A stretch of 64,000 bases of DNA from Octopus vulgaris (lineage: Eukaryota). Below, in pieces: positions 42,372-57,404 of the stretch; the first letter of the stretch is position 1; the number at the start of each line of letters is the position of its first letter. The notes under the pieces were generated by a model. The model made no database searches and was not told where the DNA came from. It worked only from the letters and a program-made list of their open reading frames with translations. The DNA lies in NCBI GenBank assembly GCA_951406725.2, contig OX597814.1, positions 34,782,001 through 34,846,000 of the forward strand. The letters are read 5' to 3'. The position numbers and the translations under genes are program-made.

Positions 42372-42772
42372 GAAGGCGGCGAGCTGGCAGAAATGTTAGC
42401 ACGCCGGGCGAAATGCGTAGCCATATTTCGTCTGCCGTTACGTTCTGAGTTCAAATTCCGCCGAGGTCGACTTTGCCTTTCATCCTTTCGGGGTCGATAA
42501 AATAAGTACCAGTTACGCACTGGGGTCGATGTAATCGATTTAATCCCTTTGTCTGTCCTTGTTTGTCCTTTCTGTGTTTAGCCCCTTGTGAGTAGTAAAG
42601 AAATAGGTATTTCGTCTGTCTTTACGTTCTGAGATCAAATTCCGCCGAGATCGACTTTGCCTTTCATCCTTTAAGGGTCGATAAAATAAGTACCTATTGC
42701 GTACTGGGGTTGATCTAATCGACTGGCGTCCATCCCCCAACATTTTGGGCATTGAGCCTAGAGTAGTAAAGA
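42372..42772 (+). mobile_element. SINE family B with internally duplicated body, 14-bp TSD
   Basis: Body repeated at ~42424-42540 and ~42608-42723. TSD AGTGTTCTACAAAA at 42358-42371 and 42773-42786. Older relics at ~47990-48120 and ~48410-48540. Confidence 0.92.
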
Positions 42773-43113
42773 AGTGTTCTACAAAATGTCCATGAGCTAC
42801 AGCCCATCATAATTCTGTGCGTTGTTTCCATCGAGGCAAGAAAGACATCGCTTTAAAAGGAATAGTACGTTTAGGGTTGTCTGCTGCCTCGCAGCCTCCG
42901 ATTCACACATTCTGACTTCCGATTGGCGCTCTTCACAGAGTTTTCAGAATTTGGAAGAAACTTAAATAACTGTCATTAGATTCATCAGGCTGAGGAGTTA
43001 CAAGCTTTCATAGAAATGATGTGCATATGTCTATTGTTATTATCGTCAACAGATATACAGTTAAGACGTGATTGGTCAGTTGGGACTCTATAACAATCAA
43101 TTATTTGTCACAA

Positions 43114-43154
<41 letters not shown>

Positions 43155-45057
43155 TATATCAATTACTTAAAGGGAAATATATTGATTACCAAAATGGATA
43201 TTATCTGAAACTTAAACTAAATTCATTGACCTAACCACGACGGTAAAGTATTAAATATTTGATCCAGTTTGCATTTCGTAGCTAATATGATACTCTTAAG
43301 CGTATTTTTAGACGGATATATGTAAGATAAACTGGTATATACACAGCTATAACTCATTTTATTAAATAGAAGACTTTGCTTTTCTATGGAATGTACCCCG
43401 AATGTTCTAACGTTCATTACTTTCTTTAGATATTATTTAAGTGAATTATCTTCAATCATTGCTTGAATATCCATAACAAATATAAAATATTGCACTAAAT
43501 ACAGAGATGGTGATTTGGTAGGAATGGAACAGAAAACGAATCTCCATGGTGTGTTTAGCTTTTAATCTTAAATTTACACGTTCGAATACATCATACCCCT
43601 TTGTTTTCGCTCAGAGTCGACAATAACTAGCAGAATACTATAGTAATCAAGATGTATTAACGTGAAAATTTACAAACTGTTCACTTTAATTCATTTCGTC
43701 CAAATATATACATTATTTCTAGATACATTACATCGATGTAGTAGAAGAATTGCACTTAAATATAAAATATTCAAACCAAATTAAGTATTAATCATTCTTT
43801 TAAAAGTTTAAACATTCTTTCAAATTTTATGTAATCTGTTTAGAATAAATGATTTAACAATAAAAACATTTATTAATAAAACTTGTTTTGGTATTAAGTA
43901 TTACAGCCGATATTCAAATTTAAAATTGTACATGACATAGCAGCTATATATTTCTGATATTTTCGCAGGAAATTCAGCATTTCACTTATGAAGAGAAGAA
44001 ATAAAAAGTCTTGATATAATTAATGGTATTTGATTATTACCTATATTATTTTGGTGTCTCTGGTGGCTGTTTTCTCAATCAAATTTTTTTCTGATATCTA
44101 CTGTCAAGTGTCGGATTTGTATGTTGTCTTTTAATTAACTGGTTTTATAGAATCATGAAATGTTATTTATATCACACAATGATTAGAAACGTTCAGTTCG
44201 TTCATTGCTATGTAATTCTACTAGAACTTTCCTTCCCTGTGCATTCATTTGGGTAATATAGTTCTTACCTATTTTTCTGCTATTCAAAAGCCAGTAGAGT
44301 TCAAAGTAATTGTCGAATAAACGAAACAATAGGGCTCTTGACTCTCATAATGACGACTGAAAATATTGATTACTGCATATTTTATTGCGTATCTAATCTA
44401 TTGCATATTTAATCAGCAGCAGCCAAACAACTGCCATTTAGGTAATACTTTCCGAAGCAGCATATTGTTGTTAAAAGAGAGAAAATATGCTATTTCTAGA
44501 AAAGTCTACCTATTGTTGAATACATATATACGTTTTAGCAAAAAGAATTAGAGATAGAACGTCTGTATGTAAACTTCCGCCAGATGCAAATATATCTCGC
44601 CTAATATAGTTGCTTGGGACAGACTAAAAATTATGTTATGTCGGCTCTGCAATTGGAAACACATACTAAAATCAGTACGGGGACATTTACAGACAAATTC
44701 AAAACTTAGAGATCTTCTACCCAAATTCCTATTTGCACCTATCAGTGGTAATCTTGAAAATCTTATGTTTTTAAGCAGCACTCCCACCTCACCAAAACCA
44801 AAACAAAACAGAGCAAAAACAAACACCTATCACGCTGAAACGCATTCTTTGGCTAAAGTGTGGCGTTTCTAAAATTCAGCATATAATTCTTCACTATTTT
44901 TCTGCTCTAAATTCGAGCGGTAGAGCTATATTTCTTCATTAGGAAGCAGCAATTTCTTTTGAGGAAGAATTCTAATAACTATGAAAGATAACATGTACAC
45001 GCAGAAGTGCACGGATATACATACATACATACATACATACATACATACATACATACA

Positions 45058-45091
<34 letters not shown>

Positions 45092-45210
45092 CATACATAC
45101 ATATAAAAATACATACATACATATATATATATAAATATATATTTATTTAATATGTATGTGTAATATGTGTTTATATATATATATATATATATTTTTTTTT
45201 ATATATATAT

Positions 45211-45241
<31 letters not shown>

Positions 45242-48200
45242 TGAAGGTATATATATGTATGTATATATATATATATATATATGCACATACATATATGAAT
45301 CCTATACACATATCCCACATACATATTAACGTGTACCCTCCCTTACACACACATATATATGTGCATTTGTACGTCCATCTATGGTGTGTTTGTGTATGTT
45401 TCTGTCTATTGCAGGATAATATGTCAAAAGGTCGACAGTCAAACGCACTTTGCTGGCTGTGTGAGCAAAACATTTATCTCTCAAGTGACATAATCCATAT
45501 AACAGTAAAGATCACTGGGTCCAACGACTGTTATCTGTAAGAATGGGAGCACTTGAATTAATGTCCACATTTTATAAGCTAGAATTACTCAGTCGACCTC
45601 CTTCCATGAGAATTTTCTGAAAACGGAGTAGTCTCCACCAGAGTGATTTACTATAGAAACATTACATTGTTATTTGTACTGCTGTTCAACTTCAAGTCAA
45701 TAGTAATCGAAAGAACCTATAATGAAAATCATTCCAGTCGTAATAATTCCATCTTCTTTTGGTCAGTATATCCTCGGACAGCATTATCTAATGTAGCCTT
45801 CGTTTTGTTTTTTTATTTCTTTTCATAAACGGTAACTTGACGGGAATTTGGCTGTTATTTCTAGCAGATTGAGCGACTATGCTGCAGTTTGTGAAGACGA
45901 AGTTTTCCGTAATTCTGATACTGCGACCTATTCAGTGTGATGGCTCACCTTCTTGTCGTCTCTGTGTGTGAAGAGTATTTGTTTTCATTTGTTTAGAATT
46001 CTTTCAATAACAATTAAACACGAGAAAATAAAAATGAAAATAGAAGTAAAAATAAATTATGATTGACGTGAAAAAAAATCTTCACAGACTGTAATATAAC
46101 CGAGTCAATTTGTCAAACCAACAAAAGGAATCATCAAGAATTAAATCTTTTTCTGCTATAGTAACTGAAGAAGTGCAAAATCAGCTTCATTGAATTAATT
46201 TCATAGATTCAAGTGAAAATGCTGTCATAATAGAACTATGAATAGTTGATAAATAAAAGCTGGTTAGTTTTTTTTTTCATCCCTCTGTATTGGAGCTGTA
46301 TAATGTAGGCTATGAGAAACTGATAGCAGAAAACTGTAAATCAATACTAATATTACATTCATAAAAGAATTATAGAGAGTACTTGCCAAATAGTTTGTGT
46401 AATATTTATTGAAATATCAATTTGAAGATTGCTATTCATTTAGTTATTCATTTATTTTTCATGTTTATATTTAAGAAAGTACGCACACATATGCACACAC
46501 ACACACACATACACATACAATCACACACATACAGACACGCGCATACACTCACACATACCCAAACATACACCTGCACACCCACCCACACCCACACACAAAC
46601 ACAGACACACACACTCACGCACACACAAACACACACACACACACAGACAGACACACACACACACAGACAGACACACACACATAGATAGACACACACAGAC
46701 AGACAGACAGACAGGCAGCCAGACAGACAGACAGACAGACACACACACAAACACACACACACACACACACACACACGAATTTCGGAAGATTCGGGTTGAT
46801 TAGCTGAATTTCAATTAAGAGAAGCCATGAAGTGTAGTCCGATACTTTTTGAAGTGTTTCAACTTTCCCTATCTGAATAGAATTAGACAATTCAATGAAG
46901 CAGAAAGTTTTTTTTCTCGAGTACCAATTGAAATAAATGAAATCAATTTCCTGTTTTCAACTCTGGGATATTAACTGTCTATATTCTATGATTTAACTGT
47001 TAGACTGATCGAGCGATTCAGTCATTTCCAACTAGAAAACAAAACGTATTCTTCCGTGAGCATTTAAGCACATCTGTTTCTTTTATTAATGGTGCTGATG
47101 TCAAGAATTTATTTAGTAATATTATTTTAGAATAAAGTAAAAATACGTATAAACAGTTTTTAGTTTTGACCTGCTTGACAAGATGTATGATTCCAATCAA
47201 GTGAGGAGAAATTTTATACACTATAATTCATACAATCGTCAATCGGTTAAGAAGGGTTAGAATAGCAGAGGCATACTACTTAGCATATACAGATGATAAA
47301 TTTTTTTTTGCACGTTAGAGAATTTCAATGTATATGTCTAAACGATTTTCAGGTTCCAGCTGACTCTCGAGAGTACTTGACAAAATAATATCGTATATCG
47401 ACATACTGTCTATATTTAAATAGGCGTTCATAATATCTATATGATCAAATGAAAGGAGGTGTTGAACTTGCCAGAAAGTTGCTTGAATTATGTATTAATA
47501 TTGATTTTTGTTTGAATTGGCAGAAATCTCACAAAGTTTATGGGATGTTGCGACATTCAAAGCCTTTTCTAATGGTATTAGCAGTGGAAGTTATCTGCAG
47601 CAGACACAAGCTGTACATGAGCTAATCTCTATTCTATAATGCACAACATTACACATTAATATTAGTTTCTTTTCGATTAAGTACAAAGGTACTATATTTT
47701 AAGGAAAGTGTGTAAATAGAAGTTTGCTGTTCATGTTGTATAACGACAGTACAGTCTTGGTCGAGTAGATATACGATCAAAGACTTGGCACGTGTGGCCT
47801 TCTCGCCTTCTTGAGGGCATACAGAATGTTATCTAACATGTTTTTTTATTATTTATATAAGTATAATGTAGTTTGAGGGAGATGTGACTGCAAATTTTAG
47901 CAGATTCACTAACCCTGTAAGCGCTTCCTATTGACTGACTGATGTGTATGCTGTACTATTATTAACACTATTAAAGATGTAGCATTCCTCTGAAGTCGAC
48001 TCTTCCTTTCATCCTTTAGGGTTCGATTTAAATAAGTACCAGTTGAGTACTGGTGTTGATGTAATCAATTTACTCCTTCCTGAAAAAATTCAAGTCTTGT
48101 GCATATTATGTAAAAGTATTATTAAAGGTGTAAGTTAACTAGTTTTAACGGATGAAACTCTGCCACGATTTCAGTTTTTCAGTTTCCTGGTGATAGTTAA

Positions 48201-48657
48201 CTTACTACATCGCTATATATATAATTATTTCCTTATTTGAGCTTAAAGATTCACCTTTGAAGAGGGAACAAATGAGTGTGCTGCCTAAAGAAAGTGATGT
48301 AATTAAAATCGAAGCCAGGTTCGAGACATATCCCAACATACGTTCACTCTAAGCATTATGTTAGTTACTGTGGTTAGTTATGTGTATTTCTGTTATAAGT
48401 TCGTTTAAACGTCGCAGAGGTCGATATTAACTTCCATCTTACCGGGGTTTATAAGATAAGCGCAAGTTGAGTTCTGAACTATATCTAATCGACTGCATCT
48501 CTCTCTTAAATTTAAGGTCTTGTGCCTTTGTTCGAAACCAATATTATCTTGTTTTTCTTAATTCAAATCTTACTAGATTTGGGAAAAAGAAAGATCTAGT
48601 AATGTATGTAGCCGATTAAACCGAATAAACAGACATCAAAGAGAATGGACTGAAGAT

Positions 48658-50244
48658 TAGGGTGGAGCGAAAAATGAAACTTTCGAAATTGGTAACCAAG
48701 AATTGATATTTTGTTACGAATTAGGGTTAAAAGAAAGGTGTATAAAGAAGTGCGCTATTAAATATATTTTAGGCTCCGCAGCGGAATTGAAAATTTAAAA
48801 AATCGCTATTCTTTGTCGAATTTGGGATTTCATGGATTATAGGTCGTAACAAATACATATTTCTACATAACAGAATGTAAAACAGTAAATGCAGTATTCT
48901 TAAGAGGTTGCATACCAAGTGTTAATACAATTAACTAGTATCTTGAAGTTCTGCATTGAGAACAGAAGTGTGAACCTCTCTCCTGTGCTGCTGCAGCAGT
49001 CGTTGCGTGTGGACGTACGTCGTACGTGTTTGAAGTTTTCTGCTTTGTACTTTGTCTTTAGGCCATTGTATTAAAATTAATAATCGTGTTGAATTTAGTA
49101 TTGTTTACATTTAGTGATGATTTATAGGCCAATAACACGTTATGAATGCCCAATATTTGGTATTCCACGTGATCTTAGGGAGCGAATTTTGCCAACTTAC
49201 AAGGACGTACTAGAATGTGTTTTATTTGAACTAGGAAAAGAATGTAGCCAAGAAAGATCCTTCAATCAAACAAATTGTCACGATTGCAGCAAGAAAGATA
49301 ATTCTTCTTTGGCAAAAGGCATTCATCCATTGTGTTGTGACTGAGCCAGTTAGAACGAAAATCTTAAACTTTTATCTGAAGCACCAAGCATTACTAGAAT
49401 CTGTGGAAAAAAAAAAGAAAAATGTGCCATCTTTTCAAACAAAGTGTGATGTGTTTGAAAACAATACAGCAAAATATTTATTTGCCATTTCCTGTTGCAA
49501 GTGCAATTCCTTTAAAAACTACAGTTGCAGTAGAGACAAAAATGTACCACAGAGAGAACAAGATTTTTCACAAGATCAACGGACAAATCAAAAGATTAAT
49601 CGTTGGCGAAATAGATCAAACAGTATCTAAACAGAACATTCAGAAATTGATTAGAAAGAATCTGCCAGATCACAGTCACCCTTCTACGTCAGCAAAGCAA
49701 AGTTTAAGATTTTCGGTTTAACTGACTCAATCGTAACACAACGGATGGATACTTTTACCAAAGAAGAGTTATCTTTTCTGCTACAGTCTTGACAATTTAT
49801 TTAATTTATTTTAATGTGTGTGTAATCTAGAGTTCCTGTAACTCATATATTCATGTAACACATGTATTCGGTGACCTAGTATTAAAAATAATAAAGAAAA
49901 CAAGGTCAAAATGTCTATTTATTTCACATAATTTAGAAATTTTTGGTGCATTGAGGAGCCTATAGATATAAATATTAGAGCTTGAAATTTTCCCACTTTT
50001 GTTTTTAACAAATGTTACAAGCGAAAATTTATTCGTAATAATGAACGTGCAAAATAAACTGTGGAATAAATTGATTTTTCACTAATTATACAAAATTTCA
50101 AGTGGGTTTGCGGAGCTTGAAGGTGTAAATTTGAGAACTTCAGATTTTAACACAGATGTTTTTAAAGAATTTCGCGCTAAAAATGTATTCTTGAAGACAT
50201 ATTTCGAAAATGTGTGTAAGGAGTACCGACTTCGCTCCACCCTA
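48658..50244 (+). mobile_element. hAT-superfamily (hATm-like) internally deleted DNA transposon
   Basis: 14-bp TIR TAGGGTGGAGCGAA / TTCGCTCCACCCTA. Perfect 8-bp TSD CTGAAGAT (48650-48657, 50245-50252). N-terminal transposase relic CPIFG..LPTYKDVL..WQKA..LFAISCCKC..VPQREQDF.QDQR at 49114-49720. Confidence 0.92.
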
Positions 50245-51608
50245 CTGAAGATCCGAGTTCCTCTAAGATGTTTAAATGATGAACATAATTTTGTTTCTCT
50301 CCGCATAGTTCTACATTCGTAAAATGTTTGACAGAAGCTATAGTAGTTTGTTAGTTCTGATCAACCTTAGAAAATGAACCGGTAAACGTGTCAAAAATCT
50401 TCACTTCTTTTGTACCACTATTTCGTTCGGGAAAATTACAAAATTCTTTATTCTACACTTTATTTCTTTGAATTCTCGTGCTTAAAACTATAAAGGTGAC
50501 AATTAACTGATGTCTTCATCGTGATTCACCTCGATAAAATGAAATTATTTTCACTCTGTTTTGTCACGAAATGTTTGGTCAAGATGTACTCTTAGTTTAT
50601 CGTTGCTTTTAAAATTCTGTTCTCGTTTTTTTTTTAAATCTCCTAACACCTTCTTACTTTGAAAGTCACGTATTGCAATCTTAATTTTAGCAACAACATA
50701 TACCGTTGAACTGATAAATGTTGGCGTTCTTATATTATTTTCTCTGACCAGAATGAGTTGGCCTTTTATTTCAGTGCAAGACAAACCAGAATGTAACTTT
50801 CTCTTTTCAATCTCAAATCTATTAACCTTATAGATTAAGGTTTGACAAATGTTAATATATAACAAAATAATAAAAACTTTAGTGGCTACTAAATAATACC
50901 TATGACACTCTGACCTAATCACATCGGATTAAAATGTAAATCAATTTCTACTTTAGATTTACGATAGACGGTCAGAAATTTTATCTACCTCCCAATACTT
51001 CTCAGTGAGTAATAAAGTATGTCATGTGATGGAATTCTATTTACATATATCAGAATTGCTTTTATAAGTTAGTCAGTTTCAGGAGAGGGATACAGCTAAA
51101 AAGTTCGGAAGTACAAGTGGTGCTGGAGTAGCGATAAAATAGGTAAACAGGCGAAAACACATCTCTTTTAGTTAATTGTTTCTAATTTAGGCACAAAGCC
51201 AGCAATTTTGAGGAGTGCGGATTGTCGATAGCACCAACAACACTAGTGGTTACGAAAAGAAGAAAGGCTGAATTCGAATTCAATCCTCTGTTATTAAATG
51301 ATCATAGTGTTGGTGGTCAAATCATTCTTGTCAGTCAGTCTCCTTTGGTATTAGGCCTGGGATATCGGGGTGTGATAGCGGTTCTTCATATTGCCTATGC
51401 ACGGGAGTATTACTTTAATATTAATACTGTTAAATGTTTTGTTTTTTTGCCGTTTAATCTCCCTTTGCAGTTTAAGCTCAAGGTGAAATTTATGAATTGT
51501 TCTTTTGGATAATCTAATCTCAGCGACGTGACATAATTGCATTTATTATATAAAACTGGAACCAAGCTATGTTAGTGCGCTTTTATTGACATGGTCTTCG
51601 CATGGACT

Positions 51609-51708
51609 NNNNNNNNNNNNNNNNNNNNNNNNNNNNNNNNNNNNNNNNNNNNNNNNNNNNNNNNNNNNNNNNNNNNNNNNNNNNNNNNNNNNNNNNNNNN
51701 NNNNNNNN
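51609..51708. other. Assembly gap (100 N)
   Basis: Run of n. Confidence 1.
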
Positions 51709-51847
51709 GTATATATACAAACTTCTAAAATGATTGAGTAATCCTTCAGTTACACGCTAAATTGTTTTATATGTAACTTGACAAAAGCAAACAATAATAT
51801 ATGTACGTATGCATTGTGCCTGTACGTATGTATCCTTCTAATGTCTG

Positions 51848-51955
<108 letters not shown>

Positions 51956-51975
51956 ACTGTCTATCTATCTATCTG

Positions 51976-52051
<76 letters not shown>

Positions 52052-52961
52052 ATATGTATGTGTGTGTGCGTGTATATATATATATATATTACGTCAGCCG
52101 ATATAAACTTGACATTATTACAGAGAATTATATATTGCAAAGCTAATTTAGCGAGAGTGCTCAACTAGAAAGGAAGAATATCAAATTTCCAGAGATTAAT
52201 TAGTTAAAACAGAGTGGCACTAAAAACAATCCAATTAGATTGAAATACAATATATGCCATCAATATCCAATTTACAGATATCATCTGGTTTCAGTCGACT
52301 TCATTCCAGCATATGTACTGTGATCACTGGATTAATTATTGACATTTGCGGAATGTTTCTAATCTAAACGGCGCTGTTTATGTACAACAGAATAGTCAAT
52401 GCTGAGCGGCAAAATGCCCGAAAATTAAATTCACACTTACGAATGGTTTAGCAAGGACAAGTACAAGATAGAGTGTAATAAGTGAATAATTATATCGCAA
52501 TGATATGCAAGATTATTATATTGCTGCAAAGGAATTTAGCAACAGTATGTATGTATGTATGTATGTATGTATGTATGTATGTATGTATGTATGTATGTAT
52601 GTATGTATGTATGTATGTATGCATGTATGTATGCATGCATGCATGCATGCATGCATGTATGTATGTATGTATGTATGTATGTATGTATGCATGCATGCAT
52701 GTATGTATGTTTATATATATATATGTATATACATATGTATATCAAGAAAAGGGGAGTGACGCTAAAACTCATACTAGATACAAAAAAAAAACAAACAAAA
52801 AGAAACAAAAGTATCTACCATTGATATCATGTCACTAGACACTGTTCTTGTGAGTTGGTATCTTCATCATATCTGGTTGTAAACGGGATTCAAAATTGTG
52901 CGATATAGTTATATGAACCCATATATACATACACACAGACAGGCAGACAGACAGACAGACA

Positions 52962-53010
<49 letters not shown>

Positions 53011-53039
53011 CCTTTTATATTTTTTTATATTCTTTTGTA

Positions 53040-53387
53040 TTCTTTTACTTGTGTCAACAATCTCCTTTGCCGAACCGCTGGTTTACAGGGACGTAAACAT
53101 ACCAGCATCGGTTGTCAAGTAATAGTGGGAACCAAAGAAAAACCAAAGACGCACACATGAATATGTACATATATATATTTATATAGCAACGCGCTTCTTT
53201 CAGGTGCCGTCTACCAAATCTACTGGCAAGGCTTTGGTCAGCCCGTGGCTAGAGTAGAAAATACTTGCGCAAGGTACCACACAGTGGGGCTGAACTAGGA
53301 ATCATGTGAATAGGAAACAAGCTTCTTACTACACAGCCACGCCTGTGCCTCCACAGAACCACGTCTGCACTTCCACATATCACGCCT

Positions 53388-53442
<55 letters not shown>

Positions 53443-53597
53443 CTTCTTCCAGTCTTGGCGTATAAATTCAGTCACATGGCTTTGGTCGGTCCAAGGATCT
53501 AATAGAAGAAACTCGGTCAACGTGCCTCGCAGTGGAACTGAACCCGGAACCATGTTGTTGATAAGCAAACTTCTTACCACACAGCTATGCCTGCGCC
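53040..53597 (-). mobile_element. Two adjacent SINE family A copies (53040-53349, 53441-53597)
   Basis: Reverse-complement similarity to 32164-32584. Confidence 0.85.
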
Positions 53598-53639
53598 TAG
53601 CTGCACCGGTATATATATATATACCGGAGTGTGTGTGTA

Positions 53640-53681
<42 letters not shown>

Positions 53682-53739
53682 TCTGTGTGAGCGTGTGAGT
53701 GTATGTATGTGCGTGTATGTGTGTGTGTGTGTGTATATG

Positions 53740-53950
53740 AAGGCGCGTGACCTAGAGGCCAGTGTGTTGCAATCACAATCGTTAAATCGTGGGTTCGATT
53801 CCGACTAAGGCGGCACGTTGCGTTTTTGAGCAAAAAAAAACTCATTTGACTGTGTTCCGGTTCACTCATCTGTAAATGGTTAACTGGGCATTCATTAAAA
53901 GAAGATATTGGCTTCCTCGCCTAGCCAGAAGGATGGCATCATCCCAAAAT
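53740..53950 (+). mobile_element. tRNA-derived SINE, diverged
   Basis: AGGCGCGTGACCTAG..GGGTTCGATTCC..TTGAGCAA..CTCATCTGTAAATGG. Confidence 0.65.
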
Positions 53951-54735
53951 GATGCACAACACCCGATAGTCCGGTCGGTCACGAGGTATATATATATATA
54001 TATATATATGCGTATATATACTAACTGAATAGCCGGTCTGATATACATTTTTGTTTATTCCATGTCAGACCATGCCTTCCCCGACAGAAAGGCCATTTGA
54101 TCAGGTCAGATTTGTGCAATTTTTCGCAAAAAACTTCGTTAAGGACTTGTCTCTTTTAAATTATTTACATGCTTCTTCGACCGTTTCACATGACTTTATT
54201 CATTAAAACTTATTAAAACTTCAGAAGTTCTTACAACTTTGGCCGTCGTAATGCTTTGCCTTCGTTTGTTTAATAAAAATTCCTCGTCATAATGATTTGC
54301 TTTCATTTTGTGATAGACGGCTATCTTGCAGAAAATGCCAGCTTCCAAATCCTGTTTTCTGATTAGGTAAAATGATTAAACTTTGAACCACAGTAACATT
54401 TTTCTGCAATTTTCTGGAACAAACAGTTAACAATTATTTCAATATACCAAATTTGAAAATTTTGACGTCATTTTAAAATCTCACAGTAGGACCCTACAGA
54501 CAGTTATAAGACGTCAGACACAAATGCGCGCGCGCGTAAATTTAAATACGCACACACAGGTAATCACGAGTTTAAAAGTGTGTATAGTAGACATATGTAT
54601 GTATATATGTGTGTCTGCGTGCGATTACTACTTTGCGATGGACAGCAGAAAAGCCAGAGAACCCCTCTCTCATTAAAGCAATATATTCCGCACACACACA
54701 TTTTTCTCCTTCCTCGGCGTTTTAAAAGTTACTTC

Positions 54736-54773
<38 letters not shown>

Positions 54774-55059
54774 TGTGTGTGTATACATGTATCTATGTAT
54801 TTACGAAATTATGTATGTCGTGTGACGTGCATATGACAGCTGTATTAACGTTTATCATCTCAACTATCCAACCATCACAATTCACTCTCAAGGCATTCAT
54901 CGGCACAGGACTTTAGGAGACAACAAGTCCAAATGTGTCGCTTAGACAACGTTGTCATTCCTTAGCTGATGTCAGTCACCCTCACACTAACACTCTTTTC
55001 ATCCTTCTCATTTTATCATATAATTAGTTCAATTCCACTAGGGGACACATTTTAGATTT

Positions 55060-55300
55060 TTATTGAAATCCAATTAGCCTCTTATTCAACTGGTTGTTAG
55101 GGTAACACGTTTGCAACATTTGGCGAAGATTGGTTGGTGGGTTTAGGCAGTAAGATGGTAACAGACAGACAGACAGAAATGGCCATTTATATATATATAT
55201 ATATATATGGGAGGTATATTTGCCATCTCAATATGGCTAACCAAGAAGGGTGGGTGTTACTGTAGCTTGTAGCCCCGGGTGAACATCTCCTCCAGCTGGC
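55060..55300 (-). mobile_element. Helitron-related non-autonomous fragments
   Basis: (GACA)n followed by TTTATATATA resembles the 5' end of the 29.5-kb Helitron. GCCATCTCAATATGGCTAACCA..TTACTGT.GC (55222-55266) matches 29613-29660. Confidence 0.55.
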
Positions 55301-55329
55301 TATAGGCACACTTTCTGTGCTCTATCGGT

Positions 55330-56160
55330 ATTTGCAAGGTGTTTATCAAAAGTACCAGAGAAAAGAAACGGCAAAATCCTCGTCGTTCTGTCAGAAAACT
55401 GGCTTCCCCATCAAGAATAACACGAACATTAATGTATCGAGAGATGAAGGAGGATGTCAGGACCAACCCCTACAAGATGACCCGTCGTCATGAGCTCACG
55501 CAAGTTTATAAAGCCATGAGACTGGAGAGAAGTCGTTTTATCCTGCGTCACATTACTGAAGGCACGCTGCGCAACCTGATGTTCATTGATGAAAAGAAAC
55601 TTGATATCGAACAGATAGTAAACCACCAGAATGACTGATTTTGAAGTGTATCTGGGCTCCGTCGGGGGTAGACTCGTAAATCAACGTCAAAATCCTGTCA
55701 GTTATGGTTTGGGCGGCTGTGACAGCCACTGGAAGGTCTCGCCTCATCTTTGTACCGTCGGGGTGTTAAAATGAACACCCAGCGATACATTCTGGAAGTT
55801 GAGCTGCTTGCATGGGCGAATGAGCACTGTCAAGGCGCACCTTGGAGTCTCCAACAGAACTCCGCACCATCCCACAGCTCCAAACGGACATAACACTGGA
55901 TCCAGAAAAACATTCCGTCGTTCACAGGCAAGGATATATGGCCCGCAAGAAGCCCCGATCTCAACCCGTTAGGTTCTTCTGTTTGATCCATTTTGGAGGC
56001 GAGGGTCTCGAGCACTCCTCATGCATTGCTCGACGCTCTGAATGAAAGACTGCGCCAGGAATGGGCTTCGATTCCGCACGAACAGCTGCATGCCGCGTGT
56101 GAAGCATTCGCACTTAAACTTAAGACTGGGATTTGAAACACAGGTGGTCATCTCAAATAT
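55330..56160 (+). mobile_element. Decayed Tc1/mariner transposase, DD37D (maT)-like
   Basis: NPRRSVRKLA, FIDEKK, NHQND, VMVWAAVT, QQNSAPSH, WPARSPDLNPLG. Stops and frameshifts. TIRs not seen. Confidence 0.88.
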
Positions 56161-57404
56161 ATGTGGTAGTGTCCTACTTGTACTTCCTTTACCGAAGGAT
56201 TTTAGTCGAACAAATCGATCCCAGGACATTTTTAAAAGCCTAGTACTTATTCTGTAGGTGTCTTTTGCTAGTTACTAGGAAGTGAACACACCAACACCTC
56301 TTGTCAAGCGGTGGTAGAGAACACATACACACACACACATACACACACATACACAAACATGTATATATACACATATACACGACGGGCTTTCAATTTCTAA
56401 CTACCAAATCCAGCTTTGGTCGCCACAAGACTATAGTAGAAAAGACTTGACTAAGGTGCCATGAAGTGGGACGGAACCTGCGATCATGTGGTTGAGAAAG
56501 AAAGATAGGAAAGAAAGCAAATAAAATAAACAAGGAAGCAGACGTTTTGTTAAAAAAACAGCTACATATTTTTGCGCAAAGACATGCAATATAGAAAGTA
56601 ATTACTTCATGGGAGTCCAAATTCTATTATCTTGTGAGTGGAATAAGTTACGACGAGCAATTATGACATTTATTGAAAGAAAACTGTGTTTATAAATTAA
56701 TCGGTGCTTAATAAACAGTTTTCAAAACTAAATGATGGTTAAGAACGAGCGGTAATTAAAAACTGGAAGATGCATATGCGTCATAAATACATGAGGTTAA
56801 ATTAAAGATTTTGTAGTACTTCTATCGCGGATAGAAGTATTTCCTTGCAATTCACTTGTAGTAACTCCATAGAAAATTAATTCTTCAAATAACTTGAGAA
56901 GCATTTACATCCACAGCACAAGTATTACAAATTCTCTCATAGAATTACTAAAGCCTTCTTCATTACGACGCACGATCATGCTAACAAGACTTGCAGCATC
57001 TAATTTGTTTTTATTGCTCCAAATTACATCCGATTCAACCATCAATACAGTCAATTTCATGAATCCTCAAAACTGCCTCTCAAGTACCGATTGATTTAAG
57101 ATTCGAAACCGACACAGAAGAATAAAAGACAAAAAGAAACAAAAAAGAAGAAAAAAAAAGAGAAAATGAAAACACACCATTCTTGCCTCCGATACTGGGG
57201 ATATCTAATTTAAAATATAAATAGAAAAATACAGCAAAAAAAATATAGGATTACCCATCCAGGAAAATCTTATGTAAAAAAACATCTCTGCCAGCTACAC
57301 ACACCTTCGAAATTTGAAATTATTTTAGAAAATCTATAAACACAAATAGACATAATTAGAAAAAATTGTAAAAGAAATTTAAAGCCGAAGCAGAATCCTC
57401 ATAT

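Noticed and set aside
54020-54480. Tc1/mariner 5' relic on the minus strand
   Set aside because: Weak resemblance to an N-terminal HTH region only, with no TIR or catalytic motif.
57030-57320. Decayed R4-like 3' end on the plus strand
   Set aside because: Only faint similarity (ILG..KY..GLP..K). Too degraded to support.
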